This document shows positions 25,061-38,136 of a DNA stretch of 64,000 bases, in pieces (position 1 is the stretch's first letter; every line of letters starts with the position of its first letter). The notes under the pieces were generated by a model. It had not been told where the DNA came from. It did not search any database and saw only the letters and a program-made list of their open reading frames with translations. A program made the translations under genes and the position numbers. This DNA is from Leucoraja ocellata (lineage: Eukaryota), in NCBI GenBank assembly GCA_036785375.1, contig JAWMAR010000076.1, positions 7,936,001-8,000,000 on the forward strand, given 5' to 3'.

Positions 25061-26390
25061 CCAGTATTTTGGGAAATTGGGAAGGGCAAGTGACTCCCTA
25101 GTGTTTTTGAGGCCCTCTGAGGGGGCGCTGTAAACAGTTTATGTATGTATTGTTAGGTCAGTGTACCATTGTATGTAGCACATTAGTATCTGCACTGATG
25201 TACAGCACTTTGGTCAACATGAGTTGTTTTTAAATGTGCTATACAAATAAAATTGATTGACTGACTCAGTAGGTGAGGATTTTGGAACAAGCGAACACAG
25301 GTTCTATCTTTAAAATAGTTAAAGAAAAGATAGGGCCCATCTGAATTGGGTCAACTTTAGTATCAGACAGGAACTTGCTAAAGTTGTTTAGAATAGGCTT
25401 TTAAAAGTGTGATGACAAGAATTCAATGTTTGCATATTCCTGTTGGAGTGAAAGGCAAGGCTGGTGGGAGTAAGGAAGCTTGGATGAGGAGAGAAATTGA
25501 GGCTGTCAGGAAGAAGGAGGAGGCAAGGGCCAGGTATAGGGCCTTGGGCTCGTGCACCCCTGGAGGGGTTTTGAGAACTGAGGGGCAGGATTAAAATGGA
25601 AATCAGGAGGGAAACAAGGGGGCAGGGGATAGCTCTGGCAGATAATATAAAATAAAATTGAATTTAATGATTTGAAATAACAAGGAACTTCAGATGCTGG
25701 CTTGTACCAAAGATAGACACCAAATAATGGAGTAAATCAACAGCAGCACTGGAGAAAATGGATAGGTGACATTTCGGGACAGGACCCTTCTTCAGACTGA
25801 CTGCAGAGGGGAGCACAAGAAAAGTGGAAGAGAGAAGAAGGGTTGGAGTGAGTGAGGGCGCCGTTGAGTATGGTTGCCGTGGAGCTTGGGATCTGTCGCC
25901 GAGATCGCCAGTGTTGGAGCTCCGACCAGCGCGGCCTGTGGACTTCAGGACCGCCGTCTCTGGCAGCAAGCGGCCGTTCCAAACACTCTGGAACGGCCAT
26001 CATCCATCATCCATCATCCATCATCCATCATCCATCATCCGGCGAGAGGGCCTGGTACATGCGGCGACTGCGGAGGCCTCAAATAGGCCCCGAGCAAGGG
26101 GCGAACTAGAGGATGAGGACTGGACTTTGTTGCCTTACCTCACAGTGGGAAACATTGCAGGGGGATGTTTTATGTTTGGTGTTAAATTCTTCTTTGGTGT
26201 TGTGCCTTATTTTTATTGGTGTGCTGCAAATGAGAAATTGTGAAGTGGCTGCCGGAAATGAGAGTGAACGCTGGCGCGACTAGCTGCCGCTGCTCTCTCT
26301 CTGAATACTGTAATTTGTTGCAAACTTGTAATTTGTCTGTAAACTTGACTTAACTGTAAGGTGTCCAGCAAGGCGTCCATAAATAAAATA

Positions 26391-26391
<1 letters not shown>

Positions 26392-26478
<87 letters not shown>
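26392..26478. repeat. (ATT)n microsatellite, tail of a retroposon
   Basis: Direct reading; follows AATAAA. Confidence 0.95.
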
Positions 26479-26480
<2 letters not shown>

Positions 26481-26693
26481 ATCACGGCCGGTAACAAATC
26501 AGAGGAGGGGGTTCCCTGATAGGGAGATTGCTGGATAAATGCGGGAGATAGTTTGCAACTATGTATAACCGTTGGGCTCACAACTGCTTCTGTAAAGCTA
26601 GTTTTTAATGAAGACCATTTGATATAGACTATTGCTGGAAGGGGTGGGGGAAAGAAACTGGTGCAAAGTTAGCCAGGATTCAGGTGAAGGGAG

Positions 26694-26901
26694 ACAGACA
26701 CAATGCTGGAGTAACTCAGCGGGCCAGGCAGCACCTCCGGATAGAAGGAATGGTGACGTTTCGGGTCGAGAGCGAGGAATGGTGTCGACCTGAAATGTCA
26801 CCCATTCCTTCTATCCAGAGATGCTGCCTGTCCTGCTGAGTTACCCCAGCATTTTGTGTCCATCTTCGGTGAAAACCAGCATCTGCAGTTCCTTCCTACA
26901 T
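26694..26901. mobile_element. Fold-back Penelope-derived mini-element with 16-bp TSD
   Basis: Inverted arms of the GCTGGAGTAACTCAGC...GTTTCGGGTCGA repeat; flanked by ATTCAGGTGAAGGGAG at 26678-26693 and 26902-26917. Confidence 0.7.
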
Positions 26902-27395
26902 ATTCAGGTGAAGGGAGTGGAGGAGGGGTAAAGCAAGGGGAGAGAGTGAGGGGAGAGGGAAAGGAAGTGGAAGGAAGGTGTTAGGTGTTAGCTAAAGTAG
27001 TTAAAGATTTGATAATTGAGTTGAGTTGAAAAGCTCCAATGGCCGAATGTCCTACTCCTGCACCTATTTTCTATGTTTCTATGTTTCTATGAAATCTGAG
27101 CTTTTTGAAGAAGTGACCAAAAAGGTTGATGAGGGCACAGCCATAGATGCTGGAGGTACTCCAGTATTTTGTGTCTCTGCAGCCACACCCACTTTTCTCT
27201 CTCATTCACATACATCCCTTGCCACCAGCACATCCTCAGCTCTGAGCATATCATTGCTTTTCCACTGAAGCTTTTCCACCACCTGTCCCCCTCCCAGGGG
27301 AGTATTGCCTGGGTGTAAATCTTGGCTCATATTCTCTGCCTCAGGTCAAGTCGAGTGTATTGTGTATCTGCAGATGTACGGTGATGTACAGGTAC

Positions 27396-27937
27396 AGGAT
27401 ACTGAGTTGGATGATCAGCCATGATCATATTGAATGGCGGTGCAGGCTCGAAGGGCCGAATGGCCTACTCCTGCACCTAATTTCTATGTTCCTATGTTTA
27501 CAGCGAACCTCCTCCTTATACTTCATTATTAATGCAATTCCATTTCTTAGGCCTGCTTTTCAGGGTCATAGAAACATAAGAACAGAAAATAGGTGCAGGA
27601 GTAGGCCATTCGGCCCTTCGAGCCTGCACCGCCATTCAATATGATCATGGCTGATCATCCAACTCAGTATCCCGTACCTGCCTTCTCTCCATACCCCCTG
27701 ATCCCTTTAGCCACAAGGGCCACATCTAACCCTCTTAAATATAGCCAATGAACTGGCCTCAACTACCTTCTGTGGCAGAGAATTCCAGAGATTCACCACT
27801 CTCTGTGTGAAAAACGTTTTCCTCATCTCGGTCCTGAAAGATTTCCCCCTTATCCTTAAACTGTGATCCCTTGTTCTGAACAATCTTCCTGCATCTAGCC
27901 TGTCCAACCCCTTAAGAATTTTGTAAGTTTCTATAAG
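27396..27937. mobile_element. Two CR1 3' ends in opposite orientation (27396-27497 +, 27567-27937 -)
   Basis: CR1 3'UTR GGATGATCAGCCATGATCATATTGAATGGCGGTGCAGG on both strands. Confidence 0.85.
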
Positions 27938-28489
27938 GGTCCTACATCTTCCCCTTTTAATTATCCCTTCAGGCAGTTCATCCCTCTCTCGAAGAACCAG
28001 CATGTTGCTGGGACTGGAGCCATACAGAGGCCGAGCATGGTCTGGGTGGCAGATCTTCCCTGGGGCACATGGGTGGGTTTTTATAACAACCCAGTATTTT
28101 CCTAATTACAAACATTGATACCAACCTTTACATTTAAATTTCAGGTTCATGTTATTTATTATCGTTATATACCTCAAGTTAACATCCCCCATGTGGATAT
28201 TAATATACATGTCTCGGGATGAATGGCTCAACTCTCTGGATATCACTCTACTGACCTATCCACAATGTTACTGGGCTCTGGAAGCAGATGAAGAATGAGG
28301 GTGAGAAGCTATTGTGACCAAATGAGGACAGAGTTAGTGCACAATTAATCAGGAGGGAGATCCTCCTAGTGTGGGGGAGGGGAACCTACTGGGAAAGCGA
28401 GTCACCATGAACCATATGAGTTGTACGTGCCTGATGCCAATATGTGTCATAGTCCTGATGAAGCATCTTCTGCATGAGGGGTGAGCAAG

Positions 28490-29052
28490 CATAGACCAGG
28501 CGACCGTTTCCCTGAACACTTGCGCACCAAGGTCTGCTGGAGCTCCCCGTTAGTTATCTTAACTCTCCTTCCCCATCCCATACCGACCTTTCTGTTTTTG
28601 GCTTCTTCTGCTGCTAAAGAGAGGCCACAATCAAACTTGATGAACAGTATCTGATTTTCTGCGTTGGCAGCCTTCTACCTAATCCTATAATTCGCCAATT
28701 AAAAGAAAAAGATCCTCAAACCTTCCTCTCCCCATCCTATTCCCAGTGGCCACACTTTTTCCCACCTCGGTCTTAACATTTCACTCCTACTGTTTCCTTA
28801 TGTGACACACTTTGTCTTCTTTCACCTCTGGCCTTTGTCATTTACTCCACCCATCTGCATATCAGCTCTCCTCAGCTATCACTTGCCAGGCTGTGCCCCA
28901 TCCCAACGTCTCTTCTCCCCCTACTCCATCAGTCTGAAGAAAGGTCCCGACCTGAAATGTCGTCTGTTCATTTACCTCCACAGGTGTTGCCTGACCAACT
29001 GAGTTCCTCCAGCACTTTGTTTTCTGTTCACGATTCCACCATCTGCAGTCTC
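28490..29052 (+). mobile_element. Penelope-like element 3' relic (GIY-YIG C-terminus and terminal repeat)
   Basis: Degenerate GDRFPEHLR...SPSPSHTDLSV...KLDEQYLIFCVGSLLPN, followed by CTGAAGAAAGGTCCCGACCTGAAATGTC. Confidence 0.7.
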
Positions 29053-29102
29053 TCATGGTCCCATGCTTTGTATGACAGTGGATGAGTGTGCAGGATACTC
29101 AC

Positions 29103-29120
29103 ATTTTGGTCCATGGTGGC
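29103..29120 (-). CDS. Candidate first coding micro-exon end (Kozak + M-D-Q-N + donor)
   Basis: Minus strand GCCACC ATG GAC CAA AAT|GTGAGT in apparently unique sequence. Confidence 0.35.
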
Positions 29121-29194
29121 AAGTGTGGAGATGGTTGAACTGATCAAAGGGAATTTGACAGTCACCCACTCGACAGAGGTTGTGGACTTTGGGC

Positions 29195-29381
29195 TGAGAG
29201 GAACTGCATGCGGTTGCCAGCGAGCCCTCAGTGTGGGGAAGTGAGACTGTGGTTATTGAAAGCGTGCAGGTATTACACACCAGGAGAGTAGAAGCACGTT
29301 TATGTGGCATTGAACCAAGAAATGCGGTAGAGGAACGGAACGACATATAGAGCATTGTGACTCCATGTGTAGCTTTGTGGT
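29195..29381. promoter_or_regulatory. Candidate lymphoid promoter/enhancer (RUNX + ETS motif cluster)
   Basis: TGCGGT 29209, GGAAGT 29237, TGTGGTT 29248, TGCGGT 29323, GAGGAA ~29330, TGTGGT 29376; motif evidence only. Confidence 0.3.
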
Positions 29382-29499
29382 AAAAATGGGAAATATAAAC
29401 CTAGGAGGAAAGGCTTTACAAATATAAAAGGCATAGAAACAAAGTGTACTGGAGGAAGTTACGGTTTGAATTTCAAATCCATCGTTGAGTTCAACTTCT

Positions 29500-29796
29500 T
29501 AGTTTAGTTTAGAGATACAGCGTAGTAACAAGCCCTTCAGCTCACCGAGTCCGCGCCGACCAGCAATCCTAGTACACTATAGCACTATACTACACGCTAA
29601 GGACAATGAACAATTTTCACAGATGCCAATTAACCTATAAACCTGTACGTCTTTGGGGTGTGGGAGGAAACCGGAACAACCGAGGTAAATCTGCAGGTCA
29701 CAGGAAAAACATACAGATTCCATACAGACAAGCACCCCTAGTCGGGATTGCGCCCTAGTCTCTGGCGCTGTACGGCAGCAACTCTACTGCCGCGCC
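29500..29796 (-). mobile_element. HE1-like V-SINE
   Basis: Reverse complement of GGCGCGGCAGTAGAGTTGCTGCC...CTCTAAACTAAACT. Confidence 0.85.
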
Positions 29797-30389
29797 TCCG
29801 TCTCTCACATCAGAAGAGAAGAGAAGGCGCAAGACAGGGGTCATAGGTAATAGATGTACCAAGGACAGGATGATGGGGAAACTGGACTCTGGTGGGAGAG
29901 GTGAAGGTGAAGACAAAGGCTGGAGGGTGATAATTAGGGGGACAAAGACTACAATCTGATCAGTAAGGAAGGTGACGAGGGAGAGGGAAAGGGTAGATGG
30001 AATCAGATGAGGGATGGGATCCAGGGGGGAAATGTATAGGGAGCAGGTTTGGAGGCATGTGTCTGTGCTGCATAAATCTGTGACACTGTCCGTGAATCGA
30101 TTTGTTCTGCTGATCTGATCCTCAGCCTTAGCTAAAGAATGCAACAATGTGGATCCTGGTGTGTTAAAGGTCAGAGCTACATAGCTGCAACATCCTGCAA
30201 CATCCAGTGGAATATCAGCACCAATCAGTGGAATATTTACACCAGTTATTGGCCGATTTAGGCTATTGGCCGATTTAGGCATTCTGTGGGTGAGCAGGCC
30301 CGGGCAGACTCATTGGCATTGGTCCAGAAATGTGCCCGGTCTCTGTGATTGGTGGTAATGGGATTACCTGCCACATCCTTTACAAACAT

Positions 30390-30596
30390 GTGTTCAAGAA
30401 GGAACTGCAGATGCTGGTAGATCAAAGGTTCACAAAAATGCTGGAGAAACTCAGCGGGTGCAGCAGCATCTATAGACCGACGGAAATAGGCGACGTTTCG
30501 GGCTAAAGATGGGTTTCGGCCCGAAATGTCACCTATTTCCTTCGCTCCATAGATGCTGCTGTACCCGCTGAGTTTCTCCAGCACTTTTGGGTACCT
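30390..30596. mobile_element. Fold-back Penelope-derived mini-element with 14-bp TSD
   Basis: Inverted arms; flanked by TCCTTTACAAACAT at 30376-30389 and 30597-30610. Confidence 0.7.
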
Positions 30597-31453
30597 TCCT
30601 TTACAAACATTCCTTGTTGGTAATACCATAGAAACGTAGAAACATAGAAAATAGGTGCAGGAGTAGGCCATTCGGCCATTCAATATGATCATGGCTGACC
30701 CTTAAACTCCAGGCAGTATTCTGGTGACCATGTCTGCATCCTGTTCAAAGCCTCCACATATTTTCGGTAATGAAGCAATCAAAACTGCCCACAATACAAT
30801 AAATGCGGAAAGTTTTACATACTGTAAAATCAACATGGTTGTCATTGTGCGTGATTTTAACTTCCCCAACATTGATTCAGACTTCCTTAGTGCTGGAGGC
30901 TAGAGGCTTAGATGGGGCAGTGTTTGTTAGGTGCAATCCAAGAGGGTTTCTTGAAACAGTGTGTGTCCAACTTGAGGTGTGACCATACTGGAACTTGTCC
31001 TGGGAAGTTATCCTGGCCAGGTGACTTGGATGGATCGCAGTGGGAGAGCATTTTAGGAACAAAGATCATAAGTTTTAAAATAGTTATGAATAAAGATAAG
31101 TCTGGACCGTGCGGCAAGGTACTAAATTGGGGTACTGCAAATTCTAACTTTTTTAGTCAGCAACTCGGGAGAGTAAATTTCCTCTGGGTGCTCCGGATTC
31201 CTCCAACATCCCAAAGATGTGCGGGTTTGTAGTTTAATTGTCCTCTCTAAATTGCCTCCCAGTGTGTAAATGATGGATGAGAAAATGGGATTACATTGAA
31301 CTAGTGTGAATGTGTGATCAATGGTCAGCATGGACATGGTGGGCCGAAGGGCCTGTTTCCCTGCTGTGTAATTAAATCAATTCAATCAATCATATTCAAT
31401 CATCTTTAACTAAAGTCCTCTAATCACAGTAAATCAACTGAGGAAGATGGAAC

Positions 31454-31762
31454 TAGTTTAGTTTAGTTTAGAGATACAGCGCGGAAACAGGCCTCTCAGC
31501 CCACCGGGTCTGCACAGACCAGCGATCACCACACATTAACACTATCCTACACACACTAGGGCTAATTTACACTTATACCAAGCCAATTTATCCACATACC
31601 TGTACGCATTTGGAATGTGGGAGGAAACCGAAGATCTCGGAGAAACCACACGCAGTCACGGGGAGAACATACAAACTTCGTACAGACAGCACCCGTAGTC
31701 GACATTGAAACCAGGTCTCCACATGCTGTAAAGCAACAATTCCACCACTGTGCCACCGTGCT
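31454..31762 (-). mobile_element. HE1-like V-SINE
   Basis: Reverse complement of GCACGGTGGCACAGTGG...; (TTTAG)n tail. Confidence 0.85.
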
Positions 31763-32602
31763 GTCCTTCTCTGCACACTTTCCAGCATAATCACATCCTT
31801 CCTATAATGTGGTGACCAGAATTACACCTGGTACTCCAGATGTGGCCTTACCGATGTTTGTAAAAGTTGAAACATAATCTTCCAACAATTATAGTCAATA
31901 CACTGATCTAGGAAGGCAAGGATGCTATATGCTTTCTTCAACTATCCTAACCAAGTGTGGTGGCACTTTCAAGTAACAATGGACTTGAAATCTTTGGTCT
32001 CTTTGTTCTTTGTTCATCAACAAATTTTAGTGCCGTCATTTATTGCTTTTGTCCGACACGTATTTGACTTTCCAAAATGTATCATCTTGCACTTGCCTGA
32101 ATTAATTTCCATCTGCCAATACTCTGCCCAACATTTCATTTAATCTCTATCCTGCTATAATCATATACAACCTTCCTCACTATCAAGAACACCGTACGAG
32201 CAAATGGAAAGGCCACACGGAGTTGGGTGCACTCTATAACATATTCAGTGAAATTCCTGAAACTTGGATGGTGTCACTGCTGCATTCCATGTCTTTACAT
32301 TTAGGCTTTGTCTGTGGTTCACTGTCAACATGTTAGCACAATTCACTTCCCTATTTACTAGTCATTTGCCTTCACTATTCTTTCCCCTACAAAAGCCCCC
32401 CACCTCTCCATCCCTCACCCATTTCTAGGTCTTTAGACTAGGGTCACCAATAGAGCCAAAAGATTAGATCCCTAACAGCACCCTTGTTTGGTCTATTGAA
32501 CGACTATCCCCCTAACGCCAACGCATAATCTGCTGCTGCAGTTCCCACACTAAAATAATGTCATTAAAATCAGCTGTACAACAATGATAATGTGGGAAAT
32601 GC

Positions 32603-32885
32603 AGGTGCAGCGGTAGAGTTGCTGCCTTACAGTGCCAGAGACCCTAACTACAAGTGCTTGCCTGTACGGAGTTTGTACATTTTCCCCGTGACCTGCATGG
32701 GTTTTTCCCGGTTGTCTGGTTTCCTCCCACATTCCAAAGATGAACAGGTTTTTAGGTTAATTGGCTTCAGTGAAAATTGTAAATTGTCTCTAATGTGTAG
32801 GATTGTGCTGGTGTACAAGGATTGCTGGTTGGCGGAGACTCGGTGAGCCGAAGGGCCTCTTTCTGCGTTGTATCTCTAAACTATA
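32603..32885 (+). mobile_element. HE1-like V-SINE
   Basis: GGTGCAGCGGTAGAGTTGCTGCC...TTTCCTCCCACATTCCAAAGA...TATCTCTAAACT. Confidence 0.85.
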
Positions 32886-33074
32886 CAAAGAAGTTGAAAT
32901 TCAAACCATTACTATATTTCACTTGCCAGGTTTTACCCCATCCCTACTGCATTTTTCTAGCGTTCTCCTTCCTACTCCATATGTCTGAACATGGGCCCCA
33001 ACACAAATCGTCCATCCACAGATGCTGCCTGAGCCAGTAACTTTTTCCAGCACATTTTGTTTCTAGATTTTTTA

Positions 33075-33684
33075 ATGTTCTTCCTAAGAACATTAAAAAA
33101 GACTGGTCTGCCCCAACAGCTGCTGTCAACCTTCTACCACTGCACCACAGAGAGCATATTAACGTATGGCATCTCTGTGTGGTATCTCAGCTGCACGGAG
33201 GTGGAGAGGAGAGCTCTTCAGCGCGTCGTCCACAGAGCGCAGAAGATTATTGGGACTCCGATACCAGCCTTGGAGGGCATCTACCACACAAAGCGCCTCA
33301 GGAAGGCTGTCAGCATCCATAAAGACTCCTCACACTCTTGTAATGGACTGTTCGAACTACTTCCCTCCGGCAGACGTTACAAGGCCTTCTACGCCCGCAC
33401 CTTCAGACTCAGGAACAGCTTCATTCCCAGAGCTATAGCGGCTCTGAACTACTGAGTCTGCTGGGTGCCCCCCCACCCCCACGGACTGTCTCCCTCAGAT
33501 GGTCATGTCGCACAGACACATCTGCACTTTAGTCTGTTTGAACTGTTTTGACTATTTACTGTTTTAATGTTCTTTTTACAAACCATGTTCTCGGGGTATC
33601 TAAATCTAAATTTTATTAGTTATGACATCGGATGGAAGCTGCATACCAAATCTCGTTGCACTTATGTGCAATGACAATAAAATA

Positions 33685-33722
<38 letters not shown>
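33075..33722 (+). mobile_element. Rex1/Babar-like LINE 3' end with (ATT)n tail
   Basis: FFLRTLKK...ESILTYGISVWY...LLPSGRRY...RLRNSFIPRAI. Confidence 0.85.
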
Positions 33723-33723
<1 letters not shown>

Positions 33724-34431
33724 AATCCCTTTGCACAGCTCAATCATTTAGTGATGATCCAATAAATGCAAACTAATAATTTCATTAAAATCTCAGTCTG
33801 TTATTTGTTATGATGATACTTGTTGTTGCCTCTCAGTTTTACGGTTTAATGTTTCATTGATTCCTCTTAGCTTGACTGAATGCAAGATTCCTTCAGTCCA
33901 ACTGGCCAGGCACAGATTTCCAAAGGGACATTAGCCTTCAGCAACGTTCAGCCATTCCAGGTGTCAGCAGAACGAGGGATGGTTCAGAGCAACTTACTGA
34001 ACTCATTCTAACCAAATACAACCATAGAATACTCATAACACCAGCAAGAAGATGATCTCCCATTGAGGAGCGGGTGTTTTACACATGCAGAGTTACTTAA
34101 CAATAATGAAATGATTAATGTAACAAGAGAGAAAGTGAGAGAGAAAGAGAGAGAAAGTGAGAAAAAGAGAGATGAGGGAGTGAGAGTAGGAGAGATAAGT
34201 GCTCAAATCATCAGGTCATTGAGGATTGAAGCAGCCTGAGGGTGATTATGGTCCACCAGACTTATCCCCTGAGATGAACAGTGAATCTGCCTGAAGGGAT
34301 AGTAATGAGCGAAGATGTAGGACCCTGAAAGGCAGGGCTAAGAAATGGAATTGGATTCATTGCAAAGTATAAGGAGGAGGTTCAGCGTATCTATACATCA
34401 CTTTAAGCATGCAGCTGACAATAGACGACTA

Positions 34432-35015
34432 GACACCCTCTGTGCTGCACAACATCACTTCTCCATCATCAACAATAAAAATAGAGGCGTTGGAGAGGCT
34501 ATTCAGAAGACAGAAAAGCCGACAATCTCCAGGACCAGACAATGTTTCCCCCTCTACTCTCAAGCTCTGTGCCGAACAACTGGCACCGGTCTTCACAGAC
34601 ATTTTCAAACAGTCCCTGCAAACCTGTACTGTCCCTGCCTGCTTCAAAGTCTCCACTATTGTCCCTGTAGCCAAAAAGGCAAGGTCTGTCACACTGTAGT
34701 CACACAAGCTGAAAAATATCACAAACCCCCTGCTGGACCCACTGCAGTATACATATCGGGCCAATAGATCTGTGCATGTCGCAGTCAAACTGGGCCTGCA
34801 CTTCATCCTCCAGCACCTAATCGGCAGGAGTTTGCGAGGAGTTTGTTTGTTGATTTTAGCTCTGCATTCAACACCATTGTGCCAGAGCTACTACTAGCTT
34901 TCCGAGTTGACTGTGCCTGAACCCTTCTGTCGGTGGATCACCAACTTCCTGACAGACAGGAAGCAGCATGTGAGCCTGGGAAAGCACATCTTGGACCCGC
35001 AAAGCCTCAGCATAG
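34432..35015 (+). mobile_element. Rex1/Babar-like LINE RT fragment
   Basis: SPGPDNVSPSTLKLCAEQLAPVFTDIF...DPLQ...FVDFSSAFNT. Confidence 0.8.
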
Positions 35016-36859
35016 GAAGGAATCTGGAGGCTTTGGAGGGAGTGTAGAAAAGATTTACTGCAGCAAAGCTTTAGTTTAACTTCTCAAAATGCAACACTTC
35101 GCCATTCCATCTACCATTCCTTCGTCCACTTTCCCAGTTGACTTGGATCCTGTTGCAATGTTAGATGACCTTCTTCACTGTTTATTCTACCATTAATTAT
35201 GGTGTCACCTTCAAACATATTAATCATACCAAATCCATTCAAATCCAAAACATTACTATGTGATCATATGACAGGATTTTACAAGTGTGGTCTCCGTGGT
35301 CACAGGTTGACCACAATGTTTCCTGAGATGAAGGGGATGGGTTGTCACACAAAAAGGAAGATTAAACTAATTAGGTCTATGCTTCTAAATTGCATAGAAT
35401 GTGATCCCTTTGAAACCTGCCAAATATTTAGCATTGTTTAGAGACTGCGCTGACCAGCGATCCCTGCACACTAACGCTATCCTACACACTAGGGACAATT
35501 TACAATTTTAACAAGCCAATTAGCCAATGCACCCAGAGAAAACCCACACAGGTCATGAGGAGAAGCTATAAACTCTGTACAGACAGCACCCATACTCAGG
35601 ATCATATCTGGGTCCCTAGCGCTGTGTGGACCGCTTGGACCAGGTAGAATAAATATAATTTGATATTTCCCCCGAGTAGGTTGTTTGGACCAAGGATCAA
35701 AGTTTAAAAAAATAAGGATTAAGGTTCTTATTTTAAACCTAAACCAGGTTCAAAAATAAGAATTTGCCCATTCACACAGATATGAGAAGAAATGTTTTCA
35801 GAAGGTTGTGAATCTGTGAAATATATATATGTGTGACACGATATATATATATATAACTTTTTTTTATAGTGTGCCTTTTTTCTATAGTGGACCTTTTTTC
35901 CATAACATTTTTTTATGGCTGGCCTTCTTCGTTGGAGCAATCAATCTCCTGCAATGGGGGGAAATCTCAGCTACCCCACGCCGGGGGATGATTATCACAT
36001 TGGTGAGACCAAGCATAGACAAGGCGGTTGCTTGGGTCGAGACCCTTCTTCTCAATTTGAAGACCGGTCTCGACCGCTCTCAGTTTGAAGAAGTATCTCA
36101 ACCCAAAACATCACCTATTTCTCTTCTCCATAGTTTCTGCCTGACCCACTGAGTTACTCCAACAATTTGTGTCTGTCTTCGGTGTAAACCAGCATCTGCA
36201 GTTTCGCCGGGTACTCTGGGTTCTTTCCACATCTCAGAGATATTGCGTTGAGAAGTAAACTTGCTGCTGTAAGTTGTCCCGGTATAGTTCAATGGAAGGA
36301 GAATCATTAACAGGGGATGGGAATGCGTGAGATAAATAGGATTAGTACGGATGGGTACATGATGGTTAACCGAAGGGTCTGTAATTGTGTTGTATGTTTC
36401 AGTGACTCTAACCTTTCTCACATCCGTCACCTTCACACTTAGACTAACAGGTGATTTAGCAGACTACCATTTACTAAGACTCTTATCCATTGAGTAAATC
36501 TGGGCTTATCACCATTTTGATCATTCTTCCATAGTTTGTTCTTGTCCTTTTCAATGACTAGGCTAAATTTGTCTGATTTATGATTAGTGCCACAATAATA
36601 CTCTTCCATAAATAGTCATTACAACATTGATCATGAGAACAGTACAGCACAGGAACAGGCCATTTGGGCCACAATATCCATGTTGAACATGATGTCTATT
36701 TAAACTAATCTTCGTGTGAGAAGAAGTTCTGATTGTCCATCCAATCGATGCCTCTCATGATTTTATATACTTTTGTTGGTTCGCTGCTGAGCCTCAGTCG
36801 CTCCATGGAAAAGAATTCAAGATTATTCAACTTCTCCTCACAGCTACTACCCTCTAATC

Positions 36860-37302
36860 CAGTGGTTCCCAGCGTGGGGCGTACGACCCACAGGGGGGCA
36901 ATTTGATTTTTAAGGGGGGCAATTGAGCGCGACTGAGGAGGTCTGGGTCCAAATTTTCGATTTTTTTTTTTGGATTTTCCATCAGGTAAACATATGTAGT
37001 TTATGTTTCAGATGTTATTTTGAGTAAATAATTTTTTGGGGGTAAAAAAGGTCTTTATTGTGTAGTTATTCCATAATCACCGCGCCATCGCTCTTCATGC
37101 ACATTGCACGAAGCGCGCGAGGTCATGGGAGAACCTTATTTATTGAATTGCATTTAGAAATGCGATTCAAAGAGCTTTTGCTAAGTTACCCTTATAATAT
37201 CTATTTCCTCTGTTTTCTCTCAAGGGAAAGCAAGGGGGGGGGGCATCAGGATTTTAGAGGTGATTCGGTGGGGCATGGCCAAAAAAAGGTTGGGAACCAC
37301 TG
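36860..37302. mobile_element. hAT (Charlie-type) MITE
   Basis: TIRs CAGTGGTTCCCA...TGGGAACCACTG with perfect 8-bp TSD CTCTAATC. Confidence 0.92.
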
Positions 37303-38136
37303 CTCTAATCCTTGCATCATTCTGGCAAAGCTCTCCAAAGCCTCCTTATTGTAATGGAGCACCAAATGTGGCCAAACCAAAGTTACATAAAGCCTCAACA
37401 TGACTTTCTGAACCTTATACTCAATGCCCCGACTAATGAAGGCAAGCATACCGTACGCCCTATTTACCTCTTTATCTAATGGTTTGCTACTTTCAGGGAG
37501 CTATGGAATTGTATTAAATGTCTTGCAATGAACTGTACACTTTCCCCCTTGCATTTGACCTCCCAAAGTGCAACACCTTATATTTCATTAATCTCCATTA
37601 ATTTCCATCCACCATTTCTCCACCCATATCTGTAGCTGATTGATAGCCTGTTGCATGTCTGTATCAGATATTCCTGCTTCACTTTGTTTGTAGGCAGGGT
37701 GTAAAATTACAGCTAGTCAGATTTCTTGTAATGTGGCTGGGGAATGGAGCAGTAGGTGTATTTTTTATGCGTTCTGGCCCCTTGTAGGAGAACAGACCTG
37801 CTAATACTATTTTGATAGTACACACTTGATTGCCGTCCCTGGCTACAATGACCAAGGCTTTGGGGTATTTTGTCTCAAGGCTATTGGTAACAGAGTACAG
37901 ATCAGTCAGAGAACGGTTGACACCCGCAGGGGGAGGGGAATGTAGACTTATGTCAGGATAGCTGGGGTGAATTCCCTGGGCAGGTAGTAGGGTCAGCACT
38001 TCACAGTCAGACATTCCAGGTCCGGGGATTGTCAGCACCACAAGGTATTGATTTGGAAGCAGACCCCACCGCCTCTAGCCTTGCCTGAAAATGCTGTGCT
38101 CTCCATCTTGTGAAGGGAGAAGCCCTGGGGCAGAAT

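Larger units (their letters stand above)
21840..27150. repeat. Inverted segmental duplication, left arm
   Basis: Reverse-complement matches to 51840-57085 in unique DNA and shared old TE relics, e.g. 22100-22360 vs 56287-56550, 24440-25060 vs 52790-53400, 25270-25800 vs 52190-52760. Confidence 0.9.
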
